Of a stretch of DNA of 64,000 nucleotides, positions 37,307-51,877 are shown piece after piece (position 1 is the stretch's first letter; each line of letters begins with the position of its first letter). Below the pieces are notes generated by a model. It worked only from the letters and a program-made list of their open reading frames with translations. It made no database searches and was not told the DNA's origin. The position numbers and the translations under genes are program-made. Origin of the DNA: Amoebidium appalachense (lineage: Eukaryota; Protista; Ichthyosporea); contig CAVNZM010000006.1 of assembly GCA_963693365.1 (NCBI GenBank), positions 620,001 to 684,000 of the forward strand. The letters are read 5' to 3'.

Positions 37307-38359
37307 ATGCCACAAAAGTGCTGCATACACAACTGCCGTAGCAACTACAAAAGGACCCTAGCCGAGGGTTCGCAAGAGGATGAGAACAAGTATATTCCCA
37401 CTTTCCCGTTTCCTGACCGAGAAAAGAAGCCCCACCTATGGGACACGTGGTTCAAGTATACCACACAAATACACAATCAATGGGGCACGAAAGAGGATTT
37501 CTTGGCCAGATATGTGAAGAGTCTGGGTAGACCACATGTTTGTATAAAACATTTTGTGCCCGAAGACATCGTAACAATACAGACCAAAACTGTGGGTAGG
37601 GTATGGACCACACTGAGAAAGGACCCTCCCGCTGTGCCGCGTATATTTTCCCTCAAAGAAGACCCAACGAAAATAGTGACGCTCGATCCGCCGAAATTCC
37701 GAAGAGACCCCGAAAGGCGGAGAGAGAAGGAGAGAGAGCGAGAGGCCGCACTTGAGGCGCAGAGAAAGGCGGAGCGGAGAGAGAAAGAAAAGGAGAGGAG
37801 GGCGGAGGCACAGAGGGCGAAGGCGGAGGCTGCAGAGGACAGGCGGCAGTATGAACTTGCGCAAGAACAGGCCCTGCTTGTCGAGCCGTCAGACCGCATA
37901 AGCCTCAGCCCGTGGGGACCATTTGTTCAGAGGGCGTCGGCAATAGCAAGCATGATGGATGGATGGGGGGGTGAGACCGCAGACGAACACATGTCGCTCT
38001 ACTGCATGGTGTCGGTTACGGTGATTAGCGGCAGGGGCATACCTATGCGCCTAAACATGCTCGGGGGGTATCTCATAGTTCATAAGACGGGCAAGTACGA
38101 GGCCTTTGCCCTTAAGCAGGGCCACAACTCCCCTTTTCCCCTCACACGGGAGCCCCTATTTTCGAACACCCCCTTTCTTCTGTGCACGCTGGGCCAGGGC
38201 TACGTCAGCCGCTGGTCGCAATTACAGGAGCTGTTGGCCACGGTGCGGGCTGCAGCCAAGGACCCCACCCTCATATCCCCTGCCTTTGTGGTGCTTTCAG
38301 AACCCCCCGGCCCACCCGCCCCCCCCCGGCCCTGCTCGTTCAGACACCGAGCAGAGTGA
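37307..38359 (+). CDS. THAP (C2CH zinc finger) domain protein with coiled coil, 350 aa; resembles the N-terminal part of a P-element-type transposase
   Basis: N-terminal THAP signature CCIHNC..TFPFP..W..VCIKHF..LRKDPPAVPRIF, then an E/R/K-rich coiled coil and an SRWSQLQELL motif. No catalytic transposase domain visible. Divergent from GOSR1 (~740 bp between ATGs). Confidence 0.85.
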   Translation: MPQKCCIHNCRSNYKRTLAEGSQEDENKYIPTFPFPDREKKPHLWDTWFKYTTQIHNQWGTKEDFLARYVKSLGRPHVCIKHFVPEDIVTIQTKTVGRVWTTLRKDPPAVPRIFSLKEDPTKIVTLDPPKFRRDPERRREKEREREAALEAQRKAERREKEKERRAEAQRAKAEAAEDRRQYELAQEQALLVEPSDRISLSPWGPFVQRASAIASMMDGWGGETADEHMSLYCMVSVTVISGRGIPMRLNMLGGYLIVHKTGKYEAFALKQGHNSPFPLTREPLFSNTPFLLCTLGQGYVSRWSQLQELLATVRAAAKDPTLISPAFVVLSEPPGPPAPPRPCSFRHRAE

Positions 38360-39792
38360 ATCAGCACAGGCGTAGACGTGGCTGCACCTGTTGCAAGGCA
38401 GAAGCTACCCCTCCCCCCCCCCCCCCCCCCCCCCCCCCCCTTCCCTCAACCCCTCCCCGCCCCCTCTTTTTTCTCCGGTCCCTCGTCACCCTCTCTGTTT
38501 CCCCCCCCCCGGCCCCATTTCCCCCAACACACAAACACATACATACACACACACACACCCTTCCCCCTCCCCCCTCCACCACAACACAAACACACCATAA
38601 CTAGCCCCCCTCCCCCCCCCCCCCCCCGTCTCCCCGGGCCTCCCTCTCTGCCCCCTCACTTCTTGTACGAACTAGCCATTCCTCCGTCTTTCCCACCTGC
38701 CTGCACGGTTCTTTACTCTCGGACGTAGAGCGTATGAGTACACAAACATACACACACAGACACAAAGACACCTTGGCCTGTATATGAACCTGCGCCCACC
38801 TTCTCCTTACCTTTCTGTGTTTCCTATCGTAGCATCCTTGTGCAGTACTTGTCTTGTTTCCTACCGAGATGTTTCGTTATTTTGTACCAAATATGGAAAG
38901 AGTTGGTGTAATCACGAAGCAAATGTACTACCTGATGGGTTTGTTTACGAGGGTGAGGGGGGGGGGGGGGGGGGGGGAGGGACTGCTATTAACATAGGGT
39001 AGGCTGCAGGCTAGATGGGGATATCGAGGGGAGGTTTCTAATTCTTTCGTATAAACAAGTACTTGCAAAGTATGCGATAATATCGAGAGCAAGATCAAAA
39101 GATAAGTGTTATGGTTGAATGAATGTTGGACATATGGACGTAGTGGCCTGCACTGGCTGTGGGTGTTACGAAGGTCTTTTGGTGAATGAAATTATCCGTG
39201 AACAATATGGTGTCTGTGTTTTGGGTATCGTGTACCAACACAATAGGAGAAATGTGTCTGGCACATGTGAAGTTGGACTGTTCTTATTCCTGTATATGCA
39301 CCTTCTTGCTTTTGGTGGGAGGGAGGAGAGAGCCTCAGGGATATGGAGGTGGTGGACATGGGGTGCAGGGGGTGGGGGGAATTCTGGTGTTTTGTTTTGT
39401 TTTTTGTTTTTTTTTCTGGGGGGGGGGGGGGGGGGTAGGCACTTTCGAGTGCGCACCAATACTACAGGTTTCATACCCGGTACGTGGGATGGTTGGAGGG
39501 TGGGAAGGTGCCCAGGGGTGTTTGTAGGGTGGTGGGAGGGGGAGGCTCCGGGAGGGGGTGGTGGTGGGGCAGGGGGGGGGGGGAAGGCAGCATGGACTGT
39601 GTAATTGGGAAAGCCTGCGAGATTGATTAACGGACTAATTAGTCTTTATGTACTTATCATGCGTGCGCCCCCTCTTTTCCTTTTGTTGGAAGAAGGGGGG
39701 GGGGGGGATTGGGGCTCGGATAACATGTGGCTGGTGGTTGGGACTGTCATAGACAAACATCATCATTGAGACATGGCGACTTATGCCCCCTC

Positions 39793-39823
<31 letters not shown>

Positions 39824-40145
39824 ACATACCACCCCGCCCCATCCCACCCCACCGTGCCAAACGCCCATGCATACCTTTCAACACACACACATAACTCTTT
39901 ACGCTGTTTACTCGAGGCAAAGAGAGACCAGTCTCAGGTATGGGGATTTTTGCTCGGAATATCCCCTCAGCGGTATATCATGATCAAGTACATCATGAGA
40001 TGTCGGGTGTTGATATATGTCAGGGTTTTCTTACTCTACGAAGCACCATAAAGACTAAGAAAATCAATTAGTTGGTTTTTTTTTTTTGTTTTGTTTTTTT
40101 TTCTCCTTTTTTTCTCGGGCTTTCCTGGGACATTCGGTATCAGCT

Positions 40146-40189
<44 letters not shown>

Positions 40190-40190
40190 C

Positions 40191-40249
<59 letters not shown>

Positions 40250-41137
40250 AGATTTTGGTAATGATGCGTTTCTCAAGCCAATCAATACATCTATTAAAGA
40301 GGTCATAATTACGTGTGTTTAGTATAACATCAAGGATGTTGTAATTTTCAGGTAGGTTATCTTTCTGGGTGTCTGTTGTGAATGTGTCGTGTGTGTGCTG
40401 CGGTATTATGTGGTCTATCAAACTAAATTTGGCAATACATGACCGTTTAAACTGGTGTGTGTGTGTGCTGTTTGGGCATGCAAACGATGCCACCTTATAC
40501 TTATTAGATCTCCACTGTATAGCACGTGTACAGTAAAAGCATGGTAAGTGGTCAATGATACCATCAGCTAGAGAAAGACCAATTCTACAGGAAGGTAATA
40601 TGTATTTAGGTGTTACACATTTGCGAGTGCCATATTTGGCAATATGGTTAAGGCGGTCATTATATAAAACGAGACATAAGGCTTAGTTTTCCAAGGTGTA
40701 TGCTTTCATCTGGTCTAGTGTCGTGTGGTATCTTTTTCCATTTGTTATATTGTGTAATTATTTAAAATTGTGATTATGTACATGTCTAATAAGTAAGTGG
40801 CAGTCCAAAGTCACACGCACACTTTTGCGTAGTTTATTTGTGTTTGCGCCCAGGGAAGAAGGAGAGAGAGAGGAAAGGAAAGAGGGGGTACACTTGAGAT
40901 AACAAGGGTTCACGTCGGGTTACTGGCTATGTAACATGGACGGCGTCACCCACACTCGCAATACAATTATCTGGATACTCCCCCCCCCCCCGGGCCCCAC
41001 AACCCCCAACTCCTCTCCCACCGAATTCGAAGGCTTTCCTCCCCCCCAGGCAATGCCCACTATCCCTACCCGTCTACCCGTGATACACATAGCTACGGGT
41101 ATCATCGTTCCACCCGGCCCCCCCCAGCCCCCCCCCC

Positions 41138-41184
<47 letters not shown>

Positions 41185-41705
41185 CCCCCTTCCCCCTGCC
41201 CCGTCCGGCCTTTGCAGCTATCTGGTCTACCCCCCCCCCCCCCCCTCCCCTCCCCCCACTTCCCTGCTTCTGGGTCTTTGGGGAGTCTTGAATCCTATTT
41301 GCGTGCCCAGGCATGTGCAAGGGCAGAGACCGCCATTCCCCCCCCCCCCCCCCCCCCCCCCCTCCCCCTCCCCTCCCCCCCCAAACACACACACAAACGC
41401 CACTGCCGCCGCCGCCATTTGCACCACTACTACGACCCTGCCCGACCTAAAATCCTTTTCTCGCGGCCACCTTACCCCCTAGGCCAACTTCAAGCAGTAA
41501 GTACTTTTTCTTCTCGATCTGTCATTCTTAACCGGCTTCCTTTTTAGTTCCTCCTCCCTCCCCCTCCCCCCCCCCCCCCCCTACCCCCCCCTTCTCCCTT
41601 CTCCCCCCATGCAACCTCTTGAATTTGAATTCATATTTTACCCTCGTGATTGTTGTTGGTACCGGTGGTAATAGTTGGTGGGGGGGGTGGGAGCTGATTG
41701 TCAGT

Positions 41706-41798
<93 letters not shown>

Positions 41799-42647
41799 TG
41801 TGTTGGAGGGGGGGGGGGGGGGGGGGGAGGGGGGGAGGGGAGGGGAAGGGGGGGAGGGGGGTGGTGGGGTGGTTTGGGGGTGGAAAGAGACAGGTGGGTG
41901 AGCGGCTCATCCACAGCTTTTAAAAAAACATAGCCCATGTTGATGCTTACAACTGGGAGATGAGGAAGCTTAGGGGCGTCCGAAGCAATGTCTGAAACGT
42001 CGATGGTGAGACAAGTTAGGTGGAGGGCAGAAGACAAGAGAGTGGTGGTGGGTTTTTCTTTTTTTTTTCTTTTTCTTTTCTTTTTTTTTTTTGTGGTGGT
42101 GTGTGTGTGTGGGGGGGGGGGGGAGGGAGGGGGGAGGGGGGGGGGAGGGGGGGAGGGGGAGGGGGAGGGGAGGGGGGGACTGGGGGGGGAGAAAGGGGGG
42201 GAGTAGCGGGGGGCATTTTCGGGCCTTTTGTTTGGGTCAATTGGTTGGTTAGTTAATTGGGGAGGGTGTACGTTCCCTGTGGGGGGAGGGGGGAGGGGGG
42301 GGGGGGGGGGAAGGGGGGGGGGGTGCAGGAGGGGGGTCCTGAATGTAACAAACACGGCCAGCACAATCTCGGTCTGCACCCGGTCTTAGCAAGCCAGTCA
42401 GGGTAAAAGGGTTTATTGCAACACATCACCATCATACGTTCAAATAATGTACAATCGAGGTTTAAACCGTGCAGCGTACCAAAATTACTAATGCGTATGC
42501 TTGCATACTTCGCATATTTTTAAAGGGAGGCCCAGATTCAATAAGGGACAAAAAACAGCCTCATATACAGCTGCCACATCCATCCATCATATCACATTTC
42601 CTAAATTCTTACGCACACAACCTTGCACACGTAACGAACATGCACAC

Positions 42648-45600
42648 TCAGTGTGTCGTGGTTTCATCATCAACAGTAAATGACTTCACACTGCCTCCAC
42701 ACACCTCTGCTGCCCGGGAGAGGGCCGGGGATGCCGCCACCCACTGCGCCAACCTACCCCCCATAACCCCGTCATCCTTAAACTCCTCATCTGATTGGCT
42801 GTCGCATTCTTCCACCTGTATGGCCACCGCCCCATCATGCCCATGCCCACTTTCGTCATCATGTGCATCGCCAGCGCCTGCATCCGATTGGTTGATGTCA
42901 TTGCTGGCCGGATCTGATTGGTTCCCATCTTTGCTTGACTGCTGCTCTTTGGCCTGCTCTGATAGGACACTAAAAATAGACACCTTGCCATTTGCTATGG
43001 CCCTCAGGCGGGCGGCACTAGCCGGGCCGGTTTCGTTGACGAGGGCCGACAGGTGGCCGGTGGGGTTCTGCAGCAGATCGGCCGGCCGGCCATACTCGGC
43101 CACCCGCCCACCGTCCAGCACCAGAATCTGCCCCCCGCAGTCAGAGGAGTGCAAAGAGACAGGAAAGGGTTAAAGGGATATATGGCCTTGTGGTTGATGT
43201 GTGTCTGCCGCTGTGTGAGCACCACACGAATAGTGTCAGGTGGCCATGTGTGTGCATAAGTATGTGGCCATGTGTGTGTATATTGGGAGGCCATGTGTGT
43301 GCATATTAGGTGGCCATGTGTGTGTGTATATTAGGTGGCCATGTGTGTGTGCATATTAGGTGGCCCAGTTAACGTGCTTGACAGGATGCATGCCAGGCAC
43401 CGGCCTTAGCGGCTGAGCATGGCCGTGCCTTTTTTGGGTTTGGCCCATATTTGCCTGTGAGCACTGGAGCACGCACCTTGTCTGCGTCCATGACGGTGTG
43501 CAGGCGGTGGGCAATGGTCAGCACGGTGGCGTGGTGCAGCTGGGTGCGCAGGGTGCGCTGGATGGCCGTGTCGGTGTCGGTGTCGACGTTGGCCGTGGCC
43601 TCGTCCAGCACCAACACCCGGGGCCGCCGCAGCAGCGCCCGGGCCAGGCACAGCAGCTGGCGCTGGCCCACGCTGAAGTTGGCGCCCCCCTCGGCCACCT
43701 GCCCGTCCAGCCCGTTGGCCAGCCCCCGCACCGTGGCCCCCAGCTGCGCGGCCTCCAGCGCCCCCCACAGCGCCGCGTCATCGTGGCGACCCAATGGGTC
43801 CAGGTTGAAGCGCACCCCGCCCACGGCGCCAAAGGCCGCGTCCCTGCCGCCCAGCTTCTGGGAGAACAGCACGGGGTCCTGGGGGATGATGGCCAGGCCC
43901 CGGCGCAGGTCCCCCAGCCCCAGGCTGGCCGTGTCAACACCGTCAATGACAATGCGCCCGCCCTCGGCCTCGGCCATGCGGAACAGCGCGTTCATCAGCG
44001 TGCTCTTGCCGCTGCCCGTCCGCCCCACAATCCCCACCTTCTTGCCGGGGTGCACCGTGAGGCTGACGTTGTCCAGCACCAGCGGCAGCTCCGGCCGGTA
44101 GCGCATCGTCAGCCCCTCGAACCGCACCTCCCCGCGCGAGGGCCTGCACCCACCAGTCAGCAGCGCTTACAGGACTTGGTAATCCTTTTTCGCATCCACA
44201 AGGGGGGGCCCATACCAGTCGGGGGGGGGCTTCTTGTCGGGGGCCGAGTCCACGGGGGCCTCTTGCAGCTTTTGGTCGGAATATTCCAGAATGCGCTCGA
44301 CCCCCGTCATGCGGGTCTCCAGCTCGGCCGCCATGCGTGTGGCCCAGTTCATCTGCATCACCACCCTGCAAAGAAACCATCAGCACACCAACACCAAAAG
44401 GTACCCTCCACCTTCCGCCCTGCCACACCAATACCAGCATACAACCCCTCCTCCCCCCCCCCCAGTACACAAATACCTACACAACCCCCCCCCCCCCCCC
44501 GAGCACACCACTACCAGTACGCCACCCCCCTCCCCCCTGCACACAAATACCAGCATACAGCCCCTCCCCCCGCCCTCTCCTCCCCCCCAGCACACCAACA
44601 CCAGCGTATCCACACCCGCATGCCCTTCCCCCCCTACAGGAAGTACCCGAGGCAGTATGTGAGCACGAGGGCGGAGAGGGAGGGGTTGACGTGTTGCTTC
44701 TGGGCCACGGCTAGGGCGGCCACGGTGGCGGTGATGGCCAGGCCCAGGGCCTCGAGGCGCACCTGCAGCCAGCGGTTGCAGATCTGCAGCGCCACAAACG
44801 AGTGGTTGTTCAGGTCCACCAGCTGCGTGTTGCGCAAAACAAACCGCCCCTGGTCCCCGTAGCAGCGAATGGTCGACACCCCGGCCAGCGTCTCGCTGAA
44901 CTGCACGTAGATGGGGCTGCGCGTCGTGCTCTCGATCCGCTGCAGCTCTGACCACACACACACCCTTCAGCACATCGCAAACCATGCATCCCCCCCCTCT
45001 CCCCCCCCCTCCCCCCCCCCCCCCCCCTGTCCCCCCCCCCCCCCCCCACCATTCCCCTCCCCCTCCCCTTTCTCACAGAGAATGCAACTGAATGCAAGCA
45101 ATTAGAACCCCTCCCCTCGACTCCCCCTTTCCCCCTCCCCTCCCTGCCTCCCACACGGTCCCCATCCATTACACACACCTAACCCTTAGGCTGCCGTAGA
45201 TTAGCAAAGCCCGCCTTTGAAACAGAGACTGGCCGATGCAAAAGCGGGTGGCAATAAGCACAAGCAGAGCAATGATGCAAGTGGTTGGGGGGGGGGGGGG
45301 TACCTCTGCTTGTTTTTCTAAAAAACGTTTGGACCCAGAAGTAGACCCCCAGGATGGGAAAGAACCCAATCAGGAACCAAGGGAATACCATGCAGACTAG
45401 AGCAAGGATGCCAAAGACCTCGGCCAGGCACACCAGCATGGACTCCAGTGATTGGACGGTATATTGGTCTAGCATGTCCATGTCCTTGCTGAACCTGTTT
45501 CCATTGGCTAAATGTCAGTAACTATTGTTGCCCTTGCCACCATAGCCGTTGACCAATATGCGGTGTCGGTTTTCAAACAATCACCGTCGACTGCAGACAC

Positions 45601-45892
45601 ATCGATATCATGCACATGGATCTGAGTACCCCCACCCCAGCCCCCCCCCCTCCCCGCCTCACACACAAAAACCACCACCACCACTCAATAAGCCCCCTCC
45701 TTCCCCCCTTCTTCTTCTAAAACTACCCATTCTCATTTCATTTAGATCATAGTTTGCTGTCGGCAGTGGTGCCAGGGCCCTCCCCGGTGGGGGGAGGGGG
45801 GGGGGGGGAGAGAGGGAAGACCTGTTGATGATGCGGCCTACGGGAGTACTGTCGAAGAACGATACCTTGGCACGGAGCAAGTTGGCCAGCAG

Positions 45893-45991
<99 letters not shown>

Positions 45992-46094
45992 GTGTATGCG
46001 TGCATGCCCTCGTGCAAGTGTAAGTGGTTCTTGTCAACAAATATACGTGAATAAACAAGAGAAGCCGGAAGAGTCGTCCGGCGTGCCGGGGGGT

Positions 46095-46142
<48 letters not shown>

Positions 46143-47565
46143 GGGGGGGGGGGGGGGGGGGGGGTAATGCTAGGCGCTCTGTGGGGTGCACATGCAATCA
46201 ACAAAAGTTGATGCATGAAGAATTTTTGGGTGTACACAGATGTATATCAGGGGACCAAGTGGAAAGGGGGAGGGGAGGGGGGGGGGGGGGGTGGGGGGAA
46301 GCGGGGGGGGAAGGCAAGGGGGGCAGCCTGGGGTACCTCCAGTCGTTGCATACTACCTATAGGTCAGTGTGCATGTGTAAAATCTCTACTTTTAGATAGT
46401 GCTCAGATGTACATGCCCGTACCACCTGAGTCGTGCTTGCCGACGTGCGTAATCATTAGCTTGTCTACTTATTTGAAACACATAAACATGGGTTTGCTGG
46501 ACACGTACCCCCTTATGCATTGAGACTGCCGCACGCACACCGCCCAACACAAACGTGAGTGAGCGAGTGAGGAAGAACACTTGGGTGGCCATGCCAAGCG
46601 CACAGTAGATGGCCAGATAGAAGGTGTCGTCTCGACCACCAAACAGGTCCGTCACCCGCCCACTGACATTGCTGGTCCATAGCGCCATCCACGCATCAGT
46701 CAGCAGGAAAAGCACCTGGGGGGGAAGGGGGGAGGGGGGAGGGGGGGGGGAGGGGGGGGGGGAAGACAGTTTTTTTTTTTTTTTTTTGGGGGGGGGGGGG
46801 GGGGGGAGGAGGGGGGGGGAGGGGGGTTCGTCATTGCAGGCCCAGAGCATACACATCAGAAATAAAGGGACTCCCCCACTCCCCCCATCCCTCAAGCGCC
46901 TTCACGTGCCAGATTTTCTCCTGAATTTCACAGCCAAGGTTTGGTCTCTGCACGTCAATCACTCATTACTTCATGCAACACATAGTATGCTTATTTGTGC
47001 TAATTGCATGATTCGTCGCCAATCACATCTAGTTTGCAACAAATGATTGGGGCATGCTGATAGGCTACACATGAATTTAAGACCTTAGTTCGCAGCAGAT
47101 GATTGGTCCGTGCACAACCAATCAGCAAGCACGTACCTGTGCCCCCACAAGTGTCACGACCAGCGGCACCACGTAGGTAATGCCCCCAGCAGCCTTTATG
47201 TACCGCACATACACCCTGGGAGTGGGTGGGTGGTTAGGGGATATCATGTGGAAGCAATCTGGGGGCAATGCATATGGAGGGGGAGAGCTCACTAAGTGCT
47301 AGTGTGATAGGTGAACATCTGTATGGCTATGTGTGGGTGTGTATGGGGGTTATGGCCTGTGGTTTCTTGTCTTTTGTATGTGTGGGTGAGTGTGGTTGTA
47401 TGTACGCCACCATGCCCCCAATAAAGAATGGGCAGGGATCATACTTGAGAGAGGGCTGAAGGAACTAATTAGGGGGTTTTTTTTGGGTGGGTAGGTAAGA
47501 CAGAAGGAGCGTGTGGTAGTGGGTGCGGACGAGAGTGGAGGACTCGTGTGTGTGTGTGTTTGTGT

Positions 47566-47603
<38 letters not shown>

Positions 47604-47871
47604 GTGTGCATGCGTGTGTGCGCATGTGCATGCGTGTGTTTGTGTGTGTGCCTAGTGTGTGTGTGTGTCCACCTCCAGTCCACGTATCCGGCCAGCCTGT
47701 CCTCCTCGGCCACCAGCCTTCCGTCGGCCAGTGAGCCGTCGGCAGCCGCCGCCTCTTCCTTTTCTGCCCGGGGCTTATTGGCGCTGCCGTGCTCCTCCGC
47801 ATGCCCGTAGCTGCCCATCAGCCCAAACAGCTCCCCCCCGGCTGCCATAAGCTGCTCGTACGTGCCTGCGT

Positions 47872-47925
<54 letters not shown>

Positions 47926-50769
47926 CTGTAGTGTTTGGATGGACACTGCAGCAAGAGGCATGAAACCACGAAAGAAGCGGGGCAACAAAATAGGAATAAG
48001 TTGGGGGATGGAAGCTTGCACTGCTTACATGTCCCGTGAGTGGGTAGCTGGGCTGGTCAGTGTGCCGCAGAAAACCATAATAAGGGCCTATGTAGTATCA
48101 AAGAGCCATTGAATGTAACCTCCCTATGGGCATGAGGAACACACCCTGCCACGTTTAGACCGCCACACAGCACCATAGCTGCAAGGGCCCAAGCAGGCAC
48201 ATGTTCTGCATGGCCGTTTGAGGGGGAAGGGGCCGTGCACCTACCCATCTCGGCTATTCTGCCCTCCTTCATGACGATGACACGGGTTGTGTGGGGCAGC
48301 ACGTGCAGCTGGTTTGTGACCAGCAGGCGGGTGCTGTGGGCCAGCAGCCCAGCAAGGCACTTTGTGAGCAGGTGCCGGCCCACGTGCGCGTCCACGGCGC
48401 TCAGCGGGTCGTCCAGCAGCACCAGCTCGGCCCGGCTGTAGGCGGCCCGGGCAATGCTGATGCGCTGCTTCTGCCCCCCCGACAGGTTGATGCCCCGCTC
48501 CCCGATCTCGGCCATGTCCCCGCCCCGCAGCACCCCAAGGTCCGGCAGCAGCGCACAGGCCCGCAGCACGGCCGCGTAGTGGCCGGCGTCAAACTCCCGG
48601 CCGAACACAATGTTGTCCCGCACCGTGCCGTTGACAATCCACGGCACCTGGTGCCGGCCGGTCAGCACATCCACACAGCCAGGCACAAGCATGCGGCAGC
48701 AGGTGGCAAAAGCACCAATCAGGGGGCACACATCGTGTCTTCCACCAACACCCACCCCCCATCCTCCTCGAACACACGCACCCCACCGCACCCCAACTCC
48801 CCTCTCCCGGTTGTCTTGCATCCCCCCCCCCCCCCCCCTGCACCCTCTCTCTCTCTCTCTCTCTCTCTCCCCCCCCCCCCCCCCCCCCCCCCCCCACACC
48901 TGAGCGGCGTATGCCATCGAGCCGTGCACGGCCACGCTGCCGCCATCCCTCTCCATGTCCCCGATGATGGCCGACAGCAGGCTGCTCTTGCCCTGCCCCA
49001 CCGCCCCCACAATCGCCTGCAGGCACACCACATCAGTAACCACAACCATCTACCATAAATAGCAGCGACTGATGGCCTACTAGGCTACCTAGCTCTGCAC
49101 ATCCAGCCTGCAACTATGTTATAGGTGTGAATGCAAGGCATTGGCCCGTATTAATGTGTGAAGATGCACAAAAAGCTACATACTTCAAAGTTATGCACAT
49201 TGTAGAGTAGGGGCAAAGGTGGGTGGGAATGTGTGTGTTATGTGTGGGATCGGATGGCACCAAGGGGGGAGGGGGTGGGGGGGATAGGCAATAGGCAAGG
49301 GGAAATGGAAAGGCGCTTTGGCGGGGTAACAGTGAATGGGTGCGTTAGGGTAGGGCAAAGGGAGTGAAACATACCACGAACTCTCCCTTTCTGATGGTCA
49401 CGTTAAGGGCCTTCAGCTCAAACCCTCTCTCCAAGAACGAAAACGGCACGGTTTCTTTCTTCTTTTTCCTCCTACGTAGAATCCCCCTTTTCTCCTTTGT
49501 CGGATCCCTTGATACCACTCCTTTGTTTTGGTCCATTGCAACAATATGGGTGGACTCTTCTGGTTTGTCTTCTGATTGGCCAACCTTTTTCTCTCTCAAC
49601 CAATGAAAACTAGCATCTTTCAACTCAATTGCTATATTTGGATCCACGTCGTTACCGTTTTCAACCGTGTTGATCAATCCCTCAGCCTCATCTGTAAGCA
49701 TAAAATCCACCAATCGCGTGCGAGCAATATTCATCTTTACGATGTTTGAGATGACGTAGGGCAGGAAGGTCAGGGGCCATGTCAGGGCGTGAAATAGGGA
49801 GATGGTCGGAAATACCACCGACGCCACAAGCTGCCCCCCGGTGGCCATGTACGTGCCAAACGTGGCTATGGACACGAGCACGGGGGTGCCGTAGGTGACA
49901 AACACGTCGATTGCTCTCAGAATGGCGATTTTGCGCAGAAATTTGACCTCACGTGCGCGCACCTCAGAGACCTTTGCCATGAAGCTGGGCTCCCAGGCAA
50001 ACAGCTTGATAATGCGGATGCCCTGTGGGCACACAACAGTGAGGGGGTGTCTGCCTCCGCAACTTACACTCAGATCCCTATCGGAATTTCCCTCCTTGCC
50101 GGCCATAAGTTTGCACTTAGAGAAGCAGGCGGGGTGACTGCGAACAATTTTTTCACCAACCCCTACTGTCCATGCATCCTCCCTTGATCCTCTCTCCCCC
50201 TCCCCCCCCCCCCCCCCCCCCCCCCCACCCACATACCCTGTCCCCTCTCTACCTCCTCCCCCTCTCTCCCACCCCTTACATTCGACAGCATATCACTAGC
50301 AAATCGGTTGTTTACCACCCATGTCCCAACACCTGTATACCCCCTTCCCCCGTCCTACTCAAACCCCATCACTGCTACCTAAAGCCATTGACCTTCCAAA
50401 GAATCCGCTCACATGATATAACCCCCCCCCCCCCCCCCCCCCTTCCCCACTCACCCCTCACCACCACACACACATGTGCGCACCTGCATGATCTCGGAGA
50501 GAATGGCCACGCGCTGGTCTGTCTGCTGCTTCTGCCGGAAGGTCCAGCGGATGCTGACGGCAGCCACCAGCCCCGACACGGGCAGAATTAGCAGCATCAC
50601 CCCCAGCCCCGACAGGCAGGCGGCACCTATGACCCTGGAGAGCAGCGCCATGATTGCTATGACCATGGAGGGGGAGATCCAGGCATAGTGCATCAGGCCT
50701 ATGCCCTCGACAAACGACTGCCCGTCAATGCTCATCAGCGTCACTATCCGCCCCTGTGTGTGTGTTTGT

Positions 50770-50800
<31 letters not shown>

Positions 50801-51463
50801 GGGGGGGGGGAGATGGGGGCATGAGGGTGTGTGAGCTTGTGATCGAGTGAATAGGAGTTTGTACAAGTGTGTGGAGAGAATAGTCCAAATGAGGGATAGG
50901 CGGGAAGGTGTGTTTGCAGTTTTTGTCAGAAGTTCTTGTTTTCTTGCACATGCACAAAAGCAAAGTTTTTTCCCCGGTAATTCCTTTTAGGTTTTGAAAC
51001 CACATGCAAGAAGTTTACCTAGGAAAGGCCCTTTAACGGATCTAATAACCCCCCTCTACCCCCCCCCCCCCCCCCCCCGCGCCCCTCCCCCTTCTTGTCG
51101 GATATGCCAATGCGCCAAAAACAATTAAAAGCGAAGAAGCTGAAGGTACAAAAAAAAGGAAAATAGAAAAATAAACAAACAAACAAAGAAATACGGGGGG
51201 AAAAAACCTTCCTTACACACACACACTTAGGCATAATGAATGCCGTGCATACACATATCACTGCCTTTCCCGGTTATGTTTTTCCTATCATACTCCCCCG
51301 TTTATTTGCACGACCATACCACATGCCCAGTCATCACTTACCTGGGTCATGGCTGGGTCCTGCCGCACAGCCGTGGATAGTCGCAGCGATTTGCGGTAAA
51401 CGGCCATGGTGATGAGAGACCGCACACGCATCCCAAGCCTGAACCCTCGTAGAAATGCATGCC

Positions 51464-51522
<59 letters not shown>

Positions 51523-51822
51523 TTAGCTGGGTGTATAGGTGCATGTGCTGCTTGGTCCCTTGCAGTTGTGAGCGGACGGCTCAGCCTGTGGTTGTTACCG
51601 ACTTTTTTCGGGATGTACACACAAGGATGCGCACATCTATTGTGTGTTTGGACCTGCTAGATGCACAGGTAATGTACTAAACCCCTCAAGCAGCAAAAAT
51701 GGGGGTAGGTAGCTGTTACCATGTATGGCTCTATTACAAAAATGAGCCTACCCACCTAGGCTGCAGTGACAGTAAAACCACATCTGGGACGAGAAGAGGC
51801 CACCCTTTGGCTTTTTTTTTTT

Positions 51823-51877
<55 letters not shown>

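Noticed and set aside
39119-39604. 161-aa ORF with CxxCxC downstream of the THAP gene, as a possible transposase continuation
   Set aside because: No recognisable transposase motifs or convincing splice link; it looks like UTR or intergenic sequence.
40936-41547. 203-aa proline-rich ORF (formin- or extensin-like)
   Set aside because: The prolines come from C homopolymers; no flanking domain or splice-supported exons were found.
43451-44862. Long plus-strand ORFs (216 and 454 aa), and likewise 61666-62898
   Set aside because: Antisense shadows of GC-rich ABCC coding exons.
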